A stretch of DNA of 19,666 bases from Labilithrix sp. (GTDB lineage: Bacteria > Myxococcota_A > Polyangia > Polyangiales > Polyangiaceae): contig JBGAFW010000028.1 in assembly GCA_044227045.1 (NCBI GenBank), positions 1 through 19,666 on the forward strand, written 5' to 3'. The position numbers and the translations under genes were made by a program. The notes beneath the pieces were generated by a model. The model was given only the letters and a program-made list of their open reading frames with translations. It made no database searches and was not told where the DNA came from. This document shows, piece by piece, positions 1 to 8,300 of this stretch. Positions within the stretch are counted from its first letter, which is position 1. Every line of letters starts with the position of its first letter.

Positions 1-1443
1 GTCGTCGCTGCGAGACACTTGCAGCTCGATCAGCTCGTCGCGATGAAGTTCCTTCGCAAGGGCGCGGTCGAGAGCTCCGAAGCGTCGATGCGGTTCCTTC
101 GCGAAGCGAAGGCCGTCGTGAAGCTTCGCAACGAGCACGTCGCGAAGGTCTACGACGTCGGCACGCTCGAGAGCGGCGAGCCGTACATCGTGATGGAGCA
201 CCTCGACGGCTGCGATCTCGCAGCCCTCGCGAAGCAACGTCACACGCTCGAGGTCGGTGAGGCGGTCGAGTACGTGATGCAGGCGTGCGAGGCGCTCGCC
301 GAAGCGCACACGCTCGGGATCGTTCATCGCGACATCAAGCTCGCCAATCTCTTCGTGACGCGTGGTCCCGCCGGTGGGCCGCTCGTGAAGGTCCTCGACT
401 TCGGCATCTCGAAGACGAACCCCTTCGGCGAGTCGGAGCACGACATGACGCGCACCGCGTCGATGCTCGGAAGCCCGCGCTTCATGTCCCCCGAGCAGAT
501 GCGCGATCCACGCGCGGTCGACGCGCGCTCGGACATCTGGTCGCTCGGCGTCGTGCTCTATCGCCTCGTCGCCGGTCATCCGCCGTTCGAGGCAGACACG
601 CTGGGTCGGCTCCTCACGATGGTCATGCACGAGCAAGAGCCGCCGCTGTCGGCCGTGCGCCACGACCTTCCGCACGGCTTCGACATCGTCGTCGGTCGCT
701 GCTTGCAGAAGGATCCCAACCAACGCTTCTCGAACGTCGCAGAGCTCGCGTACGCGCTCGTTCCGTTCTCGGTCGATCCCGCGCGCGCGCGGAGCTCGGC
801 CGACCGCATCGCCGCCGTCTTGAGCTTGCCGATGCTTCCGCCGATCACCGGCGACATCTCGATCCCGATCTCGGTCGGCGCGCCGGCGTCGAGCCGAAGC
901 CACTCGGGTCGCATCAGCAATCCTCCGGGCGCGAGCGACACGGGCACGGCGGCTCCTTGGGCCGGCACGCACGGCGGCGGCTCCCGCACGCCGCGCACGG
1001 GCTCACGTGGGACGACGATCTGGCTGGGCGTCGCGCTCGCCGGCATCCTCGTCGGCTCCGCCATCTTCGCGAAGGTCCGCCGCGATCAGCAGCACGACGC
1101 CCAAGCGCAGCAGCGCGCCGAGCAGCAGCAAGCCGCCGCCGCGCAGCAGCTCCCCGTCGTCACCGCGACGATGACCGCGTCGCCGAATCCTCCGCCCGCG
1201 ACGCAGCCTTCGTTCGATCCGAGCCCCACGCCCCCGGCCGCGGTCGTGATCGGGGCTTCGCCGTCCACCCAGCAGCAGCAGCAGCCCCAGCCCGTCGCGG
1301 CGTCCCCCCAGAGCCCGCCGCGCGGCGCCGCCGTCGTGCGCGGTGGTACGCGCAAGCAGCCCACACCGCCGTCTTCGCCGCGCCCGTCGACTCCGTCTCC
1401 GAAGTCGAATGAGGGTGACGGTATCCCTACGACGCGCGATTAA
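1..1443 (+). CDS. Hanks-type Ser/Thr protein kinase, truncated at the 5' end by the window edge; kinase domain, single TM helix, Gln/Pro-rich extracytoplasmic tail
   Basis: Frame 1 is open from nt 1 and the Gly-loop must lie upstream. Canonical motifs are present: VAMK (subdomain II Lys), HRDIKLANLF catalytic loop, DFGISK, SPE, DIWSLGVVLY and a subdomain XI Arg. A hydrophobic helix TTIWLGVALAGILVGSAIFAKV follows, then a low-complexity Q/P/A/S-rich C-terminus. The stop TAA is at 1441-1443. Confidence 0.9.
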   Translation, partial: VVAARHLQLDQLVAMKFLRKGAVESSEASMRFLREAKAVVKLRNEHVAKVYDVGTLESGEPYIVMEHLDGCDLAALAKQRHTLEVGEAVEYVMQACEALAEAHTLGIVHRDIKLANLFVTRGPAGGPLVKVLDFGISKTNPFGESEHDMTRTASMLGSPRFMSPEQMRDPRAVDARSDIWSLGVVLYRLVAGHPPFEADTLGRLLTMVMHEQEPPLSAVRHDLPHGFDIVVGRCLQKDPNQRFSNVAELAYALVPFSVDPARARSSADRIAAVLSLPMLPPITGDISIPISVGAPASSRSHSGRISNPPGASDTGTAAPWAGTHGGGSRTPRTGSRGTTIWLGVALAGILVGSAIFAKVRRDQQHDAQAQQRAEQQQAAAAQQLPVVTATMTASPNPPPATQPSFDPSPTPPAAVVIGASPSTQQQQQPQPVAASPQSPPRGAAVVRGGTRKQPTPPSSPRPSTPSPKSNEGDGIPTTRD

Positions 1444-1468
1444 GCTTTAATGTGAGCGTGAGGGAAGC

Positions 1469-2500
1469 GTGAGGCTGTCTCGTCAGAGACTCGGTGTCGT
1501 CGGCGCCTGCAGCGCGATCGCGTTCTTCGCGTCCGCGATCGCCGACATGGCGACCGGGCGCGAATCGATCGCGCACGGCGCGGGCGGAGACAACGAAGGC
1601 GGCGCCGCCGCCGCCGAGTCGCTCTTCCAAGAGGCGCGCCGCTTGATGGACGCCAAGCGCTATGGCGACGCGTGCCCGAAGTTCGCCGCGAGCCAAAAGC
1701 TCTCTCCCGCGATCGGCACGCTGCTGAACCTCGCCGACTGCTATGAGAAGAACAACCAGCTCGCCAGCGCATGGGCGCGCTTTCACGAGGCGATCGCGCT
1801 CGCGCAGCGGCTGAATCGAACGAACCGCGAGCAGACCGCGCGCGAGCGTGCCGACAAGCTCGAGCCTCGGCTCATTCGGCTCACGATCCTCTCGCACGCG
1901 TCGAACATCGACGTGAAGCTCGACGGCAACCCGATCGATCCCGCCGTGCTCGGCACCGCGATTCCGGTCGACGCAGGCAAGCACTCGATCGAGGCGACCG
2001 CGAAGAACAAGAAGCCATTCTCGAAGGACATCGAGGTCAGCGAGAAGAAGAAGGATCCTTCCGTCGACATCCCTCCGCTCGAAGACGAGCCGAAGGAGAC
2101 GAAGAACGAGGTCACGCCGCCGATCACCGAGCCTCCGAAAGAAGAGCGCGGCGGATGGTCCACCCAGAAGACGATCGGCGTCATCGCGGGCGCAGCGGGC
2201 ATCGTCGGCCTCGGCGTCGGCGGGTACTTCGGGCTGAAGACGTCCTCGACGTGGAACGACGCGAAGTCCCACTGCAACCAAGACCTCGACTGCGACGCGA
2301 CGGGCGTGAACCTCGCCTCGCAGGCAAAGAGCTCCGGCAACATCGCGACGATCGCGATGATCGCGGGCGGAGTGCTCCTCGTCGGTGGCGGCGTCCTGTT
2401 CTTCACCGCGCCGAGCAGCAGCGCGGCGGTCGGCAAGAACGGCCTTCGTGTTCGTGGAGGTGTCGGCCTCGGGTCGGTGGTGCTCGGAGGCCAGTTCTAG
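1469..2500 (+). CDS. Secreted/membrane protein with N-terminal signal peptide, TPR-like helical segment, PEGA-like beta domain, K/E/P-rich linker and two C-terminal TM helices
   Basis: GTG start at 1469 is preceded by GAGGGA at about 1460-1465. The n/h signal region is MRLSRQRLGVVGACSAIAFFASAIA. The PEGA-like stretch is IRLTILSHASNIDVKLDGNPID...AGKHSIEATAKNKKPFSKDIEV. Hydrophobic helices are TIGVIAGAAGIVGLGVGGYFGL and IATIAMIAGGVLLVGGGVLFF. The gene lies 25 nt after the kinase stop, and its stop TAG (2498-2500) abuts the next ATG. Confidence 0.75.
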   Translation: MRLSRQRLGVVGACSAIAFFASAIADMATGRESIAHGAGGDNEGGAAAAESLFQEARRLMDAKRYGDACPKFAASQKLSPAIGTLLNLADCYEKNNQLASAWARFHEAIALAQRLNRTNREQTARERADKLEPRLIRLTILSHASNIDVKLDGNPIDPAVLGTAIPVDAGKHSIEATAKNKKPFSKDIEVSEKKKDPSVDIPPLEDEPKETKNEVTPPITEPPKEERGGWSTQKTIGVIAGAAGIVGLGVGGYFGLKTSSTWNDAKSHCNQDLDCDATGVNLASQAKSSGNIATIAMIAGGVLLVGGGVLFFTAPSSSAAVGKNGLRVRGGVGLGSVVLGGQF

Positions 2501-3784
2501 ATGCACGTCGCCCGGCGGCTCGCCCTTACGGGCATCCTCGTCGGCTTCGTCGTCTCCGGTCTCATCGCGTGCAATGCCATCCTCGGCGTTCAAGACGTCT
2601 CGCTCGCGAAGAAGGACGGCGGCGGCGAAGAGGATCTCGACACCGGCGACGGAACGATCATCGACGACGACAGCGGTCCGGTCGGTCCGAGTCGTCCCAA
2701 CGTGTTCCAAGCCGCGCTCGGCGATCAGCATTCGTGCGCGCGAAAGCCTGCCGGCACGGTCCGCTGCTGGGGTGACGACACACAAGGTCAAACCGGCGCA
2801 GGCGTGACGTCCGACGGCGGCGTGATCGCTCTCCCGGTCGACGTCGCGGGCGTCAGCGACGCGATCGACATCGCCGCGGGACGCAACCACACCTGCATCG
2901 CGCGCAAGAGCGGCACGGTGTCGTGTTGGGGCTACAACCTCGACGGGCAGCTTGGTAATGGCGAGTCGGCGAACCGCCACTCCACGCCCGTCGACGTGAA
3001 GAACCTGAGCGGCGCGGTCGCGGTCGCGGCAGGCGGCAACTTCTCGTGCGCGCTCCGCAACGGCGGGACCGTCGCCTGCTGGGGAGGCAACGGCAGCGGC
3101 CAGCTCGGCAAAGGCGACGAGTCACCGGCGCTCACGCCGGTCGCCGTCGTCGATCTCACCGGCGTCGCGTCGATCTCTGCGGGGCAAGCGCACACGTGCG
3201 CGGTGAAGACCGACGGGAGCGTCGCCTGTTGGGGCGATGGCCTCAACGGTCAGCTCGGATCGGGAAAGCCGGAGAGCAAGTCGTCTCCGGTGGTCGTCGG
3301 CTCTCTGCCCGAAGCCTCGATGGTGTCGGCGGGTGAGCGCTCCACGTGCGCGCTCACGAAGACGGGCTCGGTCTACTGCTGGGGAGCCAACGAGCTCGGC
3401 CAACTCGGAAGCGGCGCGACCAACGCCACCGCCAACCCTTCGCCGATCGTCGTCGCCAACCTGACCGACGCGGCGACGATCTGGAGCGGCCGCAACCACA
3501 CGTGTGCGGTTCGAAAGTCGGGCGCGGTCGTGTGTTGGGGATCGGGATCACGCGGTCAGCTCGGCGATGGGCAGCCTCGCGTCGACGGCGGAGGACCCAC
3601 GCCGCAGCTCGTGCAGGTCTCGGGCATCCAGAGCGCGGTCGGCGTCGGCGCAGGCGGCGATCACACGTGCGCGCCGACACGCACGAACGCGATCGTGTGC
3701 TGGGGCGACAACGATCGCGGGCAGCTCGGCAACGGCACGCAGAAGAGCGAGCTCTCGCCCGTCAGCGTCACTGGGTACCCGTAG
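2501..3784 (+). CDS. RCC1-repeat (seven-blade beta-propeller) lipoprotein
   Basis: The ATG at 2501 directly follows the upstream stop, suggesting translational coupling. The signal peptide has the lipobox LIAC (MHVARRLALTGILVGFVVSGLIAC). There are seven repeats of the RCC1 signature, about 50 aa each: VRCWGDDTQGQTG, VSCWGYNLDGQLGNG, VACWGGNGSGQLGKG, VACWGDGLNGQLGSG, VYCWGANELGQLGSG, VVCWGSGSRGQLGDG and IVCWGDNDRGQLGNG. Confidence 0.9.
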   Translation: MHVARRLALTGILVGFVVSGLIACNAILGVQDVSLAKKDGGGEEDLDTGDGTIIDDDSGPVGPSRPNVFQAALGDQHSCARKPAGTVRCWGDDTQGQTGAGVTSDGGVIALPVDVAGVSDAIDIAAGRNHTCIARKSGTVSCWGYNLDGQLGNGESANRHSTPVDVKNLSGAVAVAAGGNFSCALRNGGTVACWGGNGSGQLGKGDESPALTPVAVVDLTGVASISAGQAHTCAVKTDGSVACWGDGLNGQLGSGKPESKSSPVVVGSLPEASMVSAGERSTCALTKTGSVYCWGANELGQLGSGATNATANPSPIVVANLTDAATIWSGRNHTCAVRKSGAVVCWGSGSRGQLGDGQPRVDGGGPTPQLVQVSGIQSAVGVGAGGDHTCAPTRTNAIVCWGDNDRGQLGNGTQKSELSPVSVTGYP

Positions 3785-3792
3785 GTCCATTC

Positions 3793-3824
3793 CGATTCGT
3801 AGGAGATCCACCTACACGAATCCG
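3793..3824 (+). terminator. Imperfect hairpin (7 bp + 2-nt bulge + 3 bp stem, 7-nt loop) 9 nt after the RCC1 gene stop; possible weak intrinsic terminator or regulatory stem
   Basis: gattcgt (3794-3800) pairs with acgaatc (3816-3822), and agg (3801-3803) pairs with cct (3811-3813). The loop is agatcca. It is followed by attgcgtggatttcc, which has only modest T content. A near-direct repeat tccgatt(c/g)(g/c)gt(a/g)gg occurs at 3791-3803 and 3821-3833. Confidence 0.25.
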
Positions 3825-3880
3825 ATTGCGTGGATTTCCCGCCAGTTAGGTCGCGGCACGCAATGTGCGCCTATGTAGGT

Positions 3881-5683
3881 ATGCTTCTGCGACCGCTCTT
3901 CGCGACCCTCCTCGTGACGTGCGTCGGTGCCAGCGCGGCATGCTCGGCCGACGCCTCCTCGGACGGAACGGACGACGCGGAGTCGGGCGAAGACGAGCTT
4001 CGGTTTCGCGCAGGCGCGGTCGACAAGACGCTGCCGGAGGTCGACGCGCAGGGCTACGAGATCGATCTGAAGGTCAACGACGTCCCTGGTCACGAGACGT
4101 TCACCGCCTCGGTCAAAGGCAACTACATCGCGACCGCCGATCTCACGACGCTCACGCTCGACTTCGAGGGCAACACGATCGACGACGTGACCGTGAGCGG
4201 ACGTCACGCGGAGCACACGCGCGACGGATCGAAGCTCGTCATCAAGCTCCCTTCTCGGATCGCGAGCGGCCGATCGCTGTCCACGCGCGTCACCTACCAC
4301 GGCGATCTCGCGCAGGTGGACGGCGCCGACCCGAACGACTTCGCCGCGTTTGGCGGCTTCATGGTCAAGCAGCGCAACACCGAGGGCAAGCGCATCTACT
4401 CCTCGCTGAGCTGGCCCTACAAAGCGCGTCGATGGCTGCCGCTCCGCGATCACCCGCGCGACGCCGCGATGGTGGCGATCTCGGCGACGTTCCCGAAGGC
4501 CTTCACCGTGCTCGCGAACGGAAAGCGCGTCAGCACGCAGGACAACGCGTCCGACGGATCGAAGACGTGGCGCTACGAAGCGCTCACGCCGATGCCCGCC
4601 TACGACTTCCACGTGTCTGCCTACGAAGGCTGGTCCGTCCACGAGGAGCACGCCGCGTCAGGCGTCCCCGTCACGTCGTACATGTACGCGAACGCGTCGT
4701 CGAAGCAGTCGAAGATCTACGGTGATCTCCCGAAGGTGCTCGACTTCTACGAGGCCACCTTCGGCAAGTACAAGTGGGGCTCGGCGACGTTCATCGAGGA
4801 GCCCATCTTCGGTGGTGGAATGGAGCACGCGTCCGTCGTGAGCATGGACGAGACGCTCTTCCCCGACCCGGTCGAGGCGCGAAAGACCGCCTTCCACGAG
4901 CTCGCGCATCATTGGAGCGGCAACCTCGTTCACTTCCGGCAGTGGAACGACTTCTGGCTCTCCGAGGGCTTCACCGAGTACCTCACCGGCCGCGCGATCA
5001 CGCACGTCGACGGCGCCGAGGCAGGCAAGGCGGTCTGGCGCGAATACCTCACGACGGCGCTCCAAGAGGATCGATCGAATCCCCATCCGCTCGCTCCGCC
5101 GGGCGAAGAGATCGACGTGCTCACGATCTTCGACGGCATCTCGTATCAAAAGGGCGCGCTGACGCTCCGGATGCTCGAGCACATCGTCGGCGAGCCGAAG
5201 ATGACGGCGTTCCTCAAAGGTTGGTTCGATCGCCATGGCTTTGGCGCCGCGGTGAGCACCGATGACTTGCAGCGCGAGCTCTCCGCCGAGTCGGGCAAGG
5301 ATCTCTCCGCGTTCTTCGCGTCGTTCGTTCGTCAGGGCTACCACCCCGAGCTACGCGTGACGTTCACCGCGAACGGCACCAGCACCGACGTGAAGGTCGA
5401 GCAGCTTCAAGACAAAGGCCCCGCTGGCGGGTTCGCTGGCTTCCCGCTCGACGTCGACCTCGTCGACGACGCCGGCCACGCCGAGCGCGTCAGCGTCGAC
5501 ATCACGGGCAAGACGTCGACGAAGCGATTCACGACGACGCGTCCGACCAAATCGATCGTCGCTGATCCCGACGAGTACGCCGTCGCCGTCGAGACCTGCG
5601 GTCAGACCGGCGGGGGCGAATGCAAAGCGAGCCAGCGCTGCGCGCCCCAACGCGCCGGTGTCTCGGCCTGCGTCCCGAAGTAG
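3881..5683 (+). CDS. M1-family zinc metallopeptidase (aminopeptidase N-like gluzincin), secreted or lipoprotein
   Basis: HELAHHWSGN...18 aa...WLSEGFTEY is the HEXXH-(18)-E zinc site. GGMEH matches the GXMEN exopeptidase motif. The signal peptide is MLLRPLFATLLVTCVGASAAC, with Cys candidates for lipidation. The start at ATG 3881 was chosen because GC3 rises sharply there. In-frame ATG 3863 and GTG 3830 are alternatives, but codon third positions upstream of 3881 look non-coding. The Cys-rich C-terminal tail is CGQTGGGECKASQRCAPQRAGVSAC. Confidence 0.88.
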   Translation: MLLRPLFATLLVTCVGASAACSADASSDGTDDAESGEDELRFRAGAVDKTLPEVDAQGYEIDLKVNDVPGHETFTASVKGNYIATADLTTLTLDFEGNTIDDVTVSGRHAEHTRDGSKLVIKLPSRIASGRSLSTRVTYHGDLAQVDGADPNDFAAFGGFMVKQRNTEGKRIYSSLSWPYKARRWLPLRDHPRDAAMVAISATFPKAFTVLANGKRVSTQDNASDGSKTWRYEALTPMPAYDFHVSAYEGWSVHEEHAASGVPVTSYMYANASSKQSKIYGDLPKVLDFYEATFGKYKWGSATFIEEPIFGGGMEHASVVSMDETLFPDPVEARKTAFHELAHHWSGNLVHFRQWNDFWLSEGFTEYLTGRAITHVDGAEAGKAVWREYLTTALQEDRSNPHPLAPPGEEIDVLTIFDGISYQKGALTLRMLEHIVGEPKMTAFLKGWFDRHGFGAAVSTDDLQRELSAESGKDLSAFFASFVRQGYHPELRVTFTANGTSTDVKVEQLQDKGPAGGFAGFPLDVDLVDDAGHAERVSVDITGKTSTKRFTTTRPTKSIVADPDEYAVAVETCGQTGGGECKASQRCAPQRAGVSACVPK

Positions 5684-5803
5684 CAGCGCTCGGCCGCGCG
5701 AAACACGAGCACCTGTACGAACCTGCAGGTTTTCCGTGGGATCACGGGGTCGCGATGACCGTTGGTGGATGAAGTTAATTGGGCGATACTCGTCTCCTTC
5801 TCT

Positions 5804-6823
5804 ATGCCGAAGAAGGACGACGCGGAAAGCAAGGCGACGACGGACGGCGAGCACGGCGAGCACGGCTCCGGCCACATCATCCAGTCGCTGCTCGTCAACA
5901 TCGCCATCGCGCTCGTGAAGGCGGTCGCAGCGTTCTTCACGAAGTCGGGCTCGATGCTCGCCGAGGCGCTCCACTCCTTCTCCGATTGCGGCAACCAGGT
6001 CCTCCTGCTCGTGGGCGTTCGACAGTCGAAGAAGCCCGCCGACGACACGCACCCCTTCGGCTATGGGCGCGCGATCTATTTCTGGTCTTTCATGGTGGCG
6101 CTCCTGCTCTTCCTCGGCGGCGGCGCCTTCTCCATCTACGAAGGCATCCACAAGATCCGTGAGCCCGAGCCGGTCGAGCGCGTGTGGCTTGGCATCGGGA
6201 TCCTCGCGGTGTCGCTCGTGCTCGAAGGGAGCGCGACGCTCTCGAACATTCGCGAGCTCAACAAGCGACGCGGCGACAAGGCGTTCGTCCAGTACCTACG
6301 CGACACGACCGACTCGGATCTCGTCGTGGTGTTCGGTGAGAACTCCGCGGCGGTGCTCGGGCTGTTCTTCGCGATCGCCGCGCTTGGTCTCTCCGCCGCG
6401 ACCGGAGATGGCCGCTGGGACGGCATCGGCAGCGTCGCGATCGGCCTCGTGCTCGTCGGCGTGGCGGGCTTCCTCGCGATCGAGGTGAGCTCGCTGCTCC
6501 TCGGCGAAGCGGCGCCGCCGGAGATCACGGACGCGGCGCACGACACCGCCAAGCGCTTCACCGACATCGAGAAGATCCTGAACGTCGTGACGATGCAGCA
6601 AGGACCAGGCGAGGTGCTCGTTCACATCAAGGCGTCGTTCACCGCCACGCTCACGATCGAGGATGCCTGCCGCGTCATCAACGAGTACGAAGCCGCGCTC
6701 CGCGCCGCGCGCCCCGAGATCCGTTGGGTGTTCGTGGAGCCGGACATCCCGAAGACGCCGTCGCAGCTCAAGCCGCGCAACGCGATCGTGAAGACGCGCG
6801 CGATCAGCAAAGACGCGAACTGA
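5804..6823 (+). CDS. Cation diffusion facilitator (CDF) family divalent-metal efflux transporter with His-rich N-terminus
   Basis: TM2 carries HSFSD (HxxxD). The N-terminus is His-rich (DGEHGEHGSGH). There are six predicted TM helices and a typical C-terminal cytoplasmic domain (VHIKASFTATLTIEDACRVINEYE). ATG 5804 was chosen because the 42-nt in-frame extension from TTG 5762 has low GC3. Confidence 0.88.
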   Translation: MPKKDDAESKATTDGEHGEHGSGHIIQSLLVNIAIALVKAVAAFFTKSGSMLAEALHSFSDCGNQVLLLVGVRQSKKPADDTHPFGYGRAIYFWSFMVALLLFLGGGAFSIYEGIHKIREPEPVERVWLGIGILAVSLVLEGSATLSNIRELNKRRGDKAFVQYLRDTTDSDLVVVFGENSAAVLGLFFAIAALGLSAATGDGRWDGIGSVAIGLVLVGVAGFLAIEVSSLLLGEAAPPEITDAAHDTAKRFTDIEKILNVVTMQQGPGEVLVHIKASFTATLTIEDACRVINEYEAALRAARPEIRWVFVEPDIPKTPSQLKPRNAIVKTRAISKDAN

Positions 6824-6828
6824 CGGCC

Positions 6829-8238
6829 TTACTGAAAGACCGTGCGCGTGACGCGGATGCCGTGCTTTGGACGGAGCGTGATGAGTGGATCGAGCACGAC
6901 ACGGTGACCCGGCTCGAGGCGAAGCTTCTCTTCGCGCACGATCATCGCGAGGATGATCTGCGCCTCCATCATCGCGAAGTGGTTCCCAATGCACATCCGC
7001 GAACCGCCGCCGAACGGCAGGTACGCATAGCGCGGCCGCTTCTCGTTGTTCGACGGCAAGAAGCGATCGGGGTTGAAGCGCTCGGGCTCGTCCCAGAAGC
7101 GTGGGTGCCGGTGGAGCACGTATGGGCAGATCCCGACGATGCTCCCCGTCTTCGCGGTGTACGCGCCGAGCACGTCGGGCTCCGTCGATTGCCGTTCGAA
7201 GATCCACGCCGGCGGGTAGAGGCGTAATCCCTCCTCGAGGACGCGCTTCGTGTACTCGAGGTGCTTCGTGTCCTCGAGCGTCGGCGCGCGATCGGGTCCG
7301 AGCACGCGGTGGGCTTCGTCGCGGATCTTCGCCTCGATCTCCGGATGCGCGGCGAGCAGCGAGAATGTCCACGACAGGAGATTCGCCGTCGTCTCGTGCC
7401 CCGCGAGCACCATCGTGATGACCTCGTCGCGAAGCTGGATGTCGTTCATCTTCGCGCTCGCGGCGTCGGCGGCGTCTTCGTCGACCGCCTCCATCAGCAT
7501 GCCGAGCAGGTCGTCACCGAAGCCGTTCTTCTCGCCGTCGTGACGTGCGGCCTGCTCGCGGCGATCGCGAATCAGGCGGTACACGATCCCATCGAGCGTA
7601 CGCATCGCGCGGTTGAACCGGACGTTGTTCGGCGTCGGGATGGACGGCGGGATCCGCACGATCGACTCGGCGTAGTCGTTCGCCCAGCGAAGCGCTGTGT
7701 CGAGCGCGCGGCCGACCTCGCGTGCATCTCCATCGACGTCTGCCGAGAACAACGTGAGGCCGACGATCCGAAACGTGAGCCGCATCATCTCTTCGTGCAC
7801 GCAGAACGTCTCGAGCCGGTCGTGCTTCCAGCGATCGAGCATCGCCCGCGTCGCCTCGGCCATCTGATCGGCGAAGTGACTGAGCCGCGCGCGATGAAAC
7901 GCGGGCTGCGCGAGCTTTCGCTGCCGTCGCCACGCCTCGCCCTCGCTCGTGAGGAGCCCCTCGCCGAGGACGATCTTGAGCCCCATGTAGTTGCGGCTCT
8001 TCTTGTACGCCTTCGCGTTGTCGATCAAGACGTGATGGATCACATCGGGATCCGCGAGCATGTAGTAGTCCCACGGACCGAACTTGAAGCGCACGACATC
8101 GCCGTATTGCCTGTGCGACTCGAGCATCAGCCCCAAGGGATCGCGCCACGCAGGGAGCACGCTCCCGAGCAGCGGCAGCCCTCGCGGGCCTGGAGCGATA
8201 CGGGGCGTCGTGACGTCGGCTCGGCTCGTGTTGGTCAT
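6829..8238 (-). CDS. Cytochrome P450 monooxygenase
   Basis: FGGGSRMCIGNHFA is the heme-thiolate loop (FxxGxRxCxG). AGHETTAN is the I-helix AGxETT motif. EEGLRLYPP is the ExxR motif. PERFNPDRF is the PERF motif. The ATG (reverse complement of cat at 8236-8238) is the first point with high GC3; the upstream in-frame extension to 8310 looks non-coding. The gene is convergent with the CDF gene, with only a 5-bp gap. Confidence 0.93.
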   Translation of the reverse strand: MTNTSRADVTTPRIAPGPRGLPLLGSVLPAWRDPLGLMLESHRQYGDVVRFKFGPWDYYMLADPDVIHHVLIDNAKAYKKSRNYMGLKIVLGEGLLTSEGEAWRRQRKLAQPAFHRARLSHFADQMAEATRAMLDRWKHDRLETFCVHEEMMRLTFRIVGLTLFSADVDGDAREVGRALDTALRWANDYAESIVRIPPSIPTPNNVRFNRAMRTLDGIVYRLIRDRREQAARHDGEKNGFGDDLLGMLMEAVDEDAADAASAKMNDIQLRDEVITMVLAGHETTANLLSWTFSLLAAHPEIEAKIRDEAHRVLGPDRAPTLEDTKHLEYTKRVLEEGLRLYPPAWIFERQSTEPDVLGAYTAKTGSIVGICPYVLHRHPRFWDEPERFNPDRFLPSNNEKRPRYAYLPFGGGSRMCIGNHFAMMEAQIILAMIVREEKLRLEPGHRVVLDPLITLRPKHGIRVTRTVFQ

Positions 8239-8271
8239 CGGATGGTCTTTCGGCGGAGCAACGTTCCACGA

Positions 8272-8291
8272 ACGTGAGATAATCCTCACGT
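8272..8291. promoter_or_regulatory. Operator-like palindrome 1 (ACGTGAG-ataatc-CTCACGT), 34-53 nt upstream of the P450 start
   Basis: Perfect 7-bp inverted arms flank a 6-bp AT-rich spacer. It shares the core AATCCTCAC(G/A)TTTG with site 2, 28 bp away. It lies between divergent TetR and P450 genes. Confidence 0.6.
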
Positions 8292-8300
8292 TTGATAGAA

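Noticed and set aside
285-1412. 375-aa plus-strand ORF in an alternative frame of the kinase gene
   Set aside because: It is an Arg-rich overprinting frame inside a gene with clear kinase motifs in frame 1.
1427-2980. 517-aa ORF on the minus strand
   Set aside because: It is antisense to the PEGA-protein and RCC1 genes. Its product is Arg/Asp/Leu-rich low-complexity, which is typical of a spurious antisense ORF in about 70% GC DNA. The plus-strand genes have recognisable domains.
3830-3880. Longer N-terminal extensions of the peptidase from GTG 3830 or ATG 3863, and analogous 5' extensions from the track at 5762, 8310, 9183 and 12882
   Set aside because: The third-codon-position GC content of these extensions is far below that of the downstream coding sequence. 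The extensions also would bury the signal peptides. The shorter starts were therefore preferred, and alternatives are noted in the features.
6296-7372. 358-aa minus-strand ORF spanning the convergent CDF and P450 gene ends
   Set aside because: It is in a different frame from the P450. It overlaps two well-supported genes and has an Arg-rich product.
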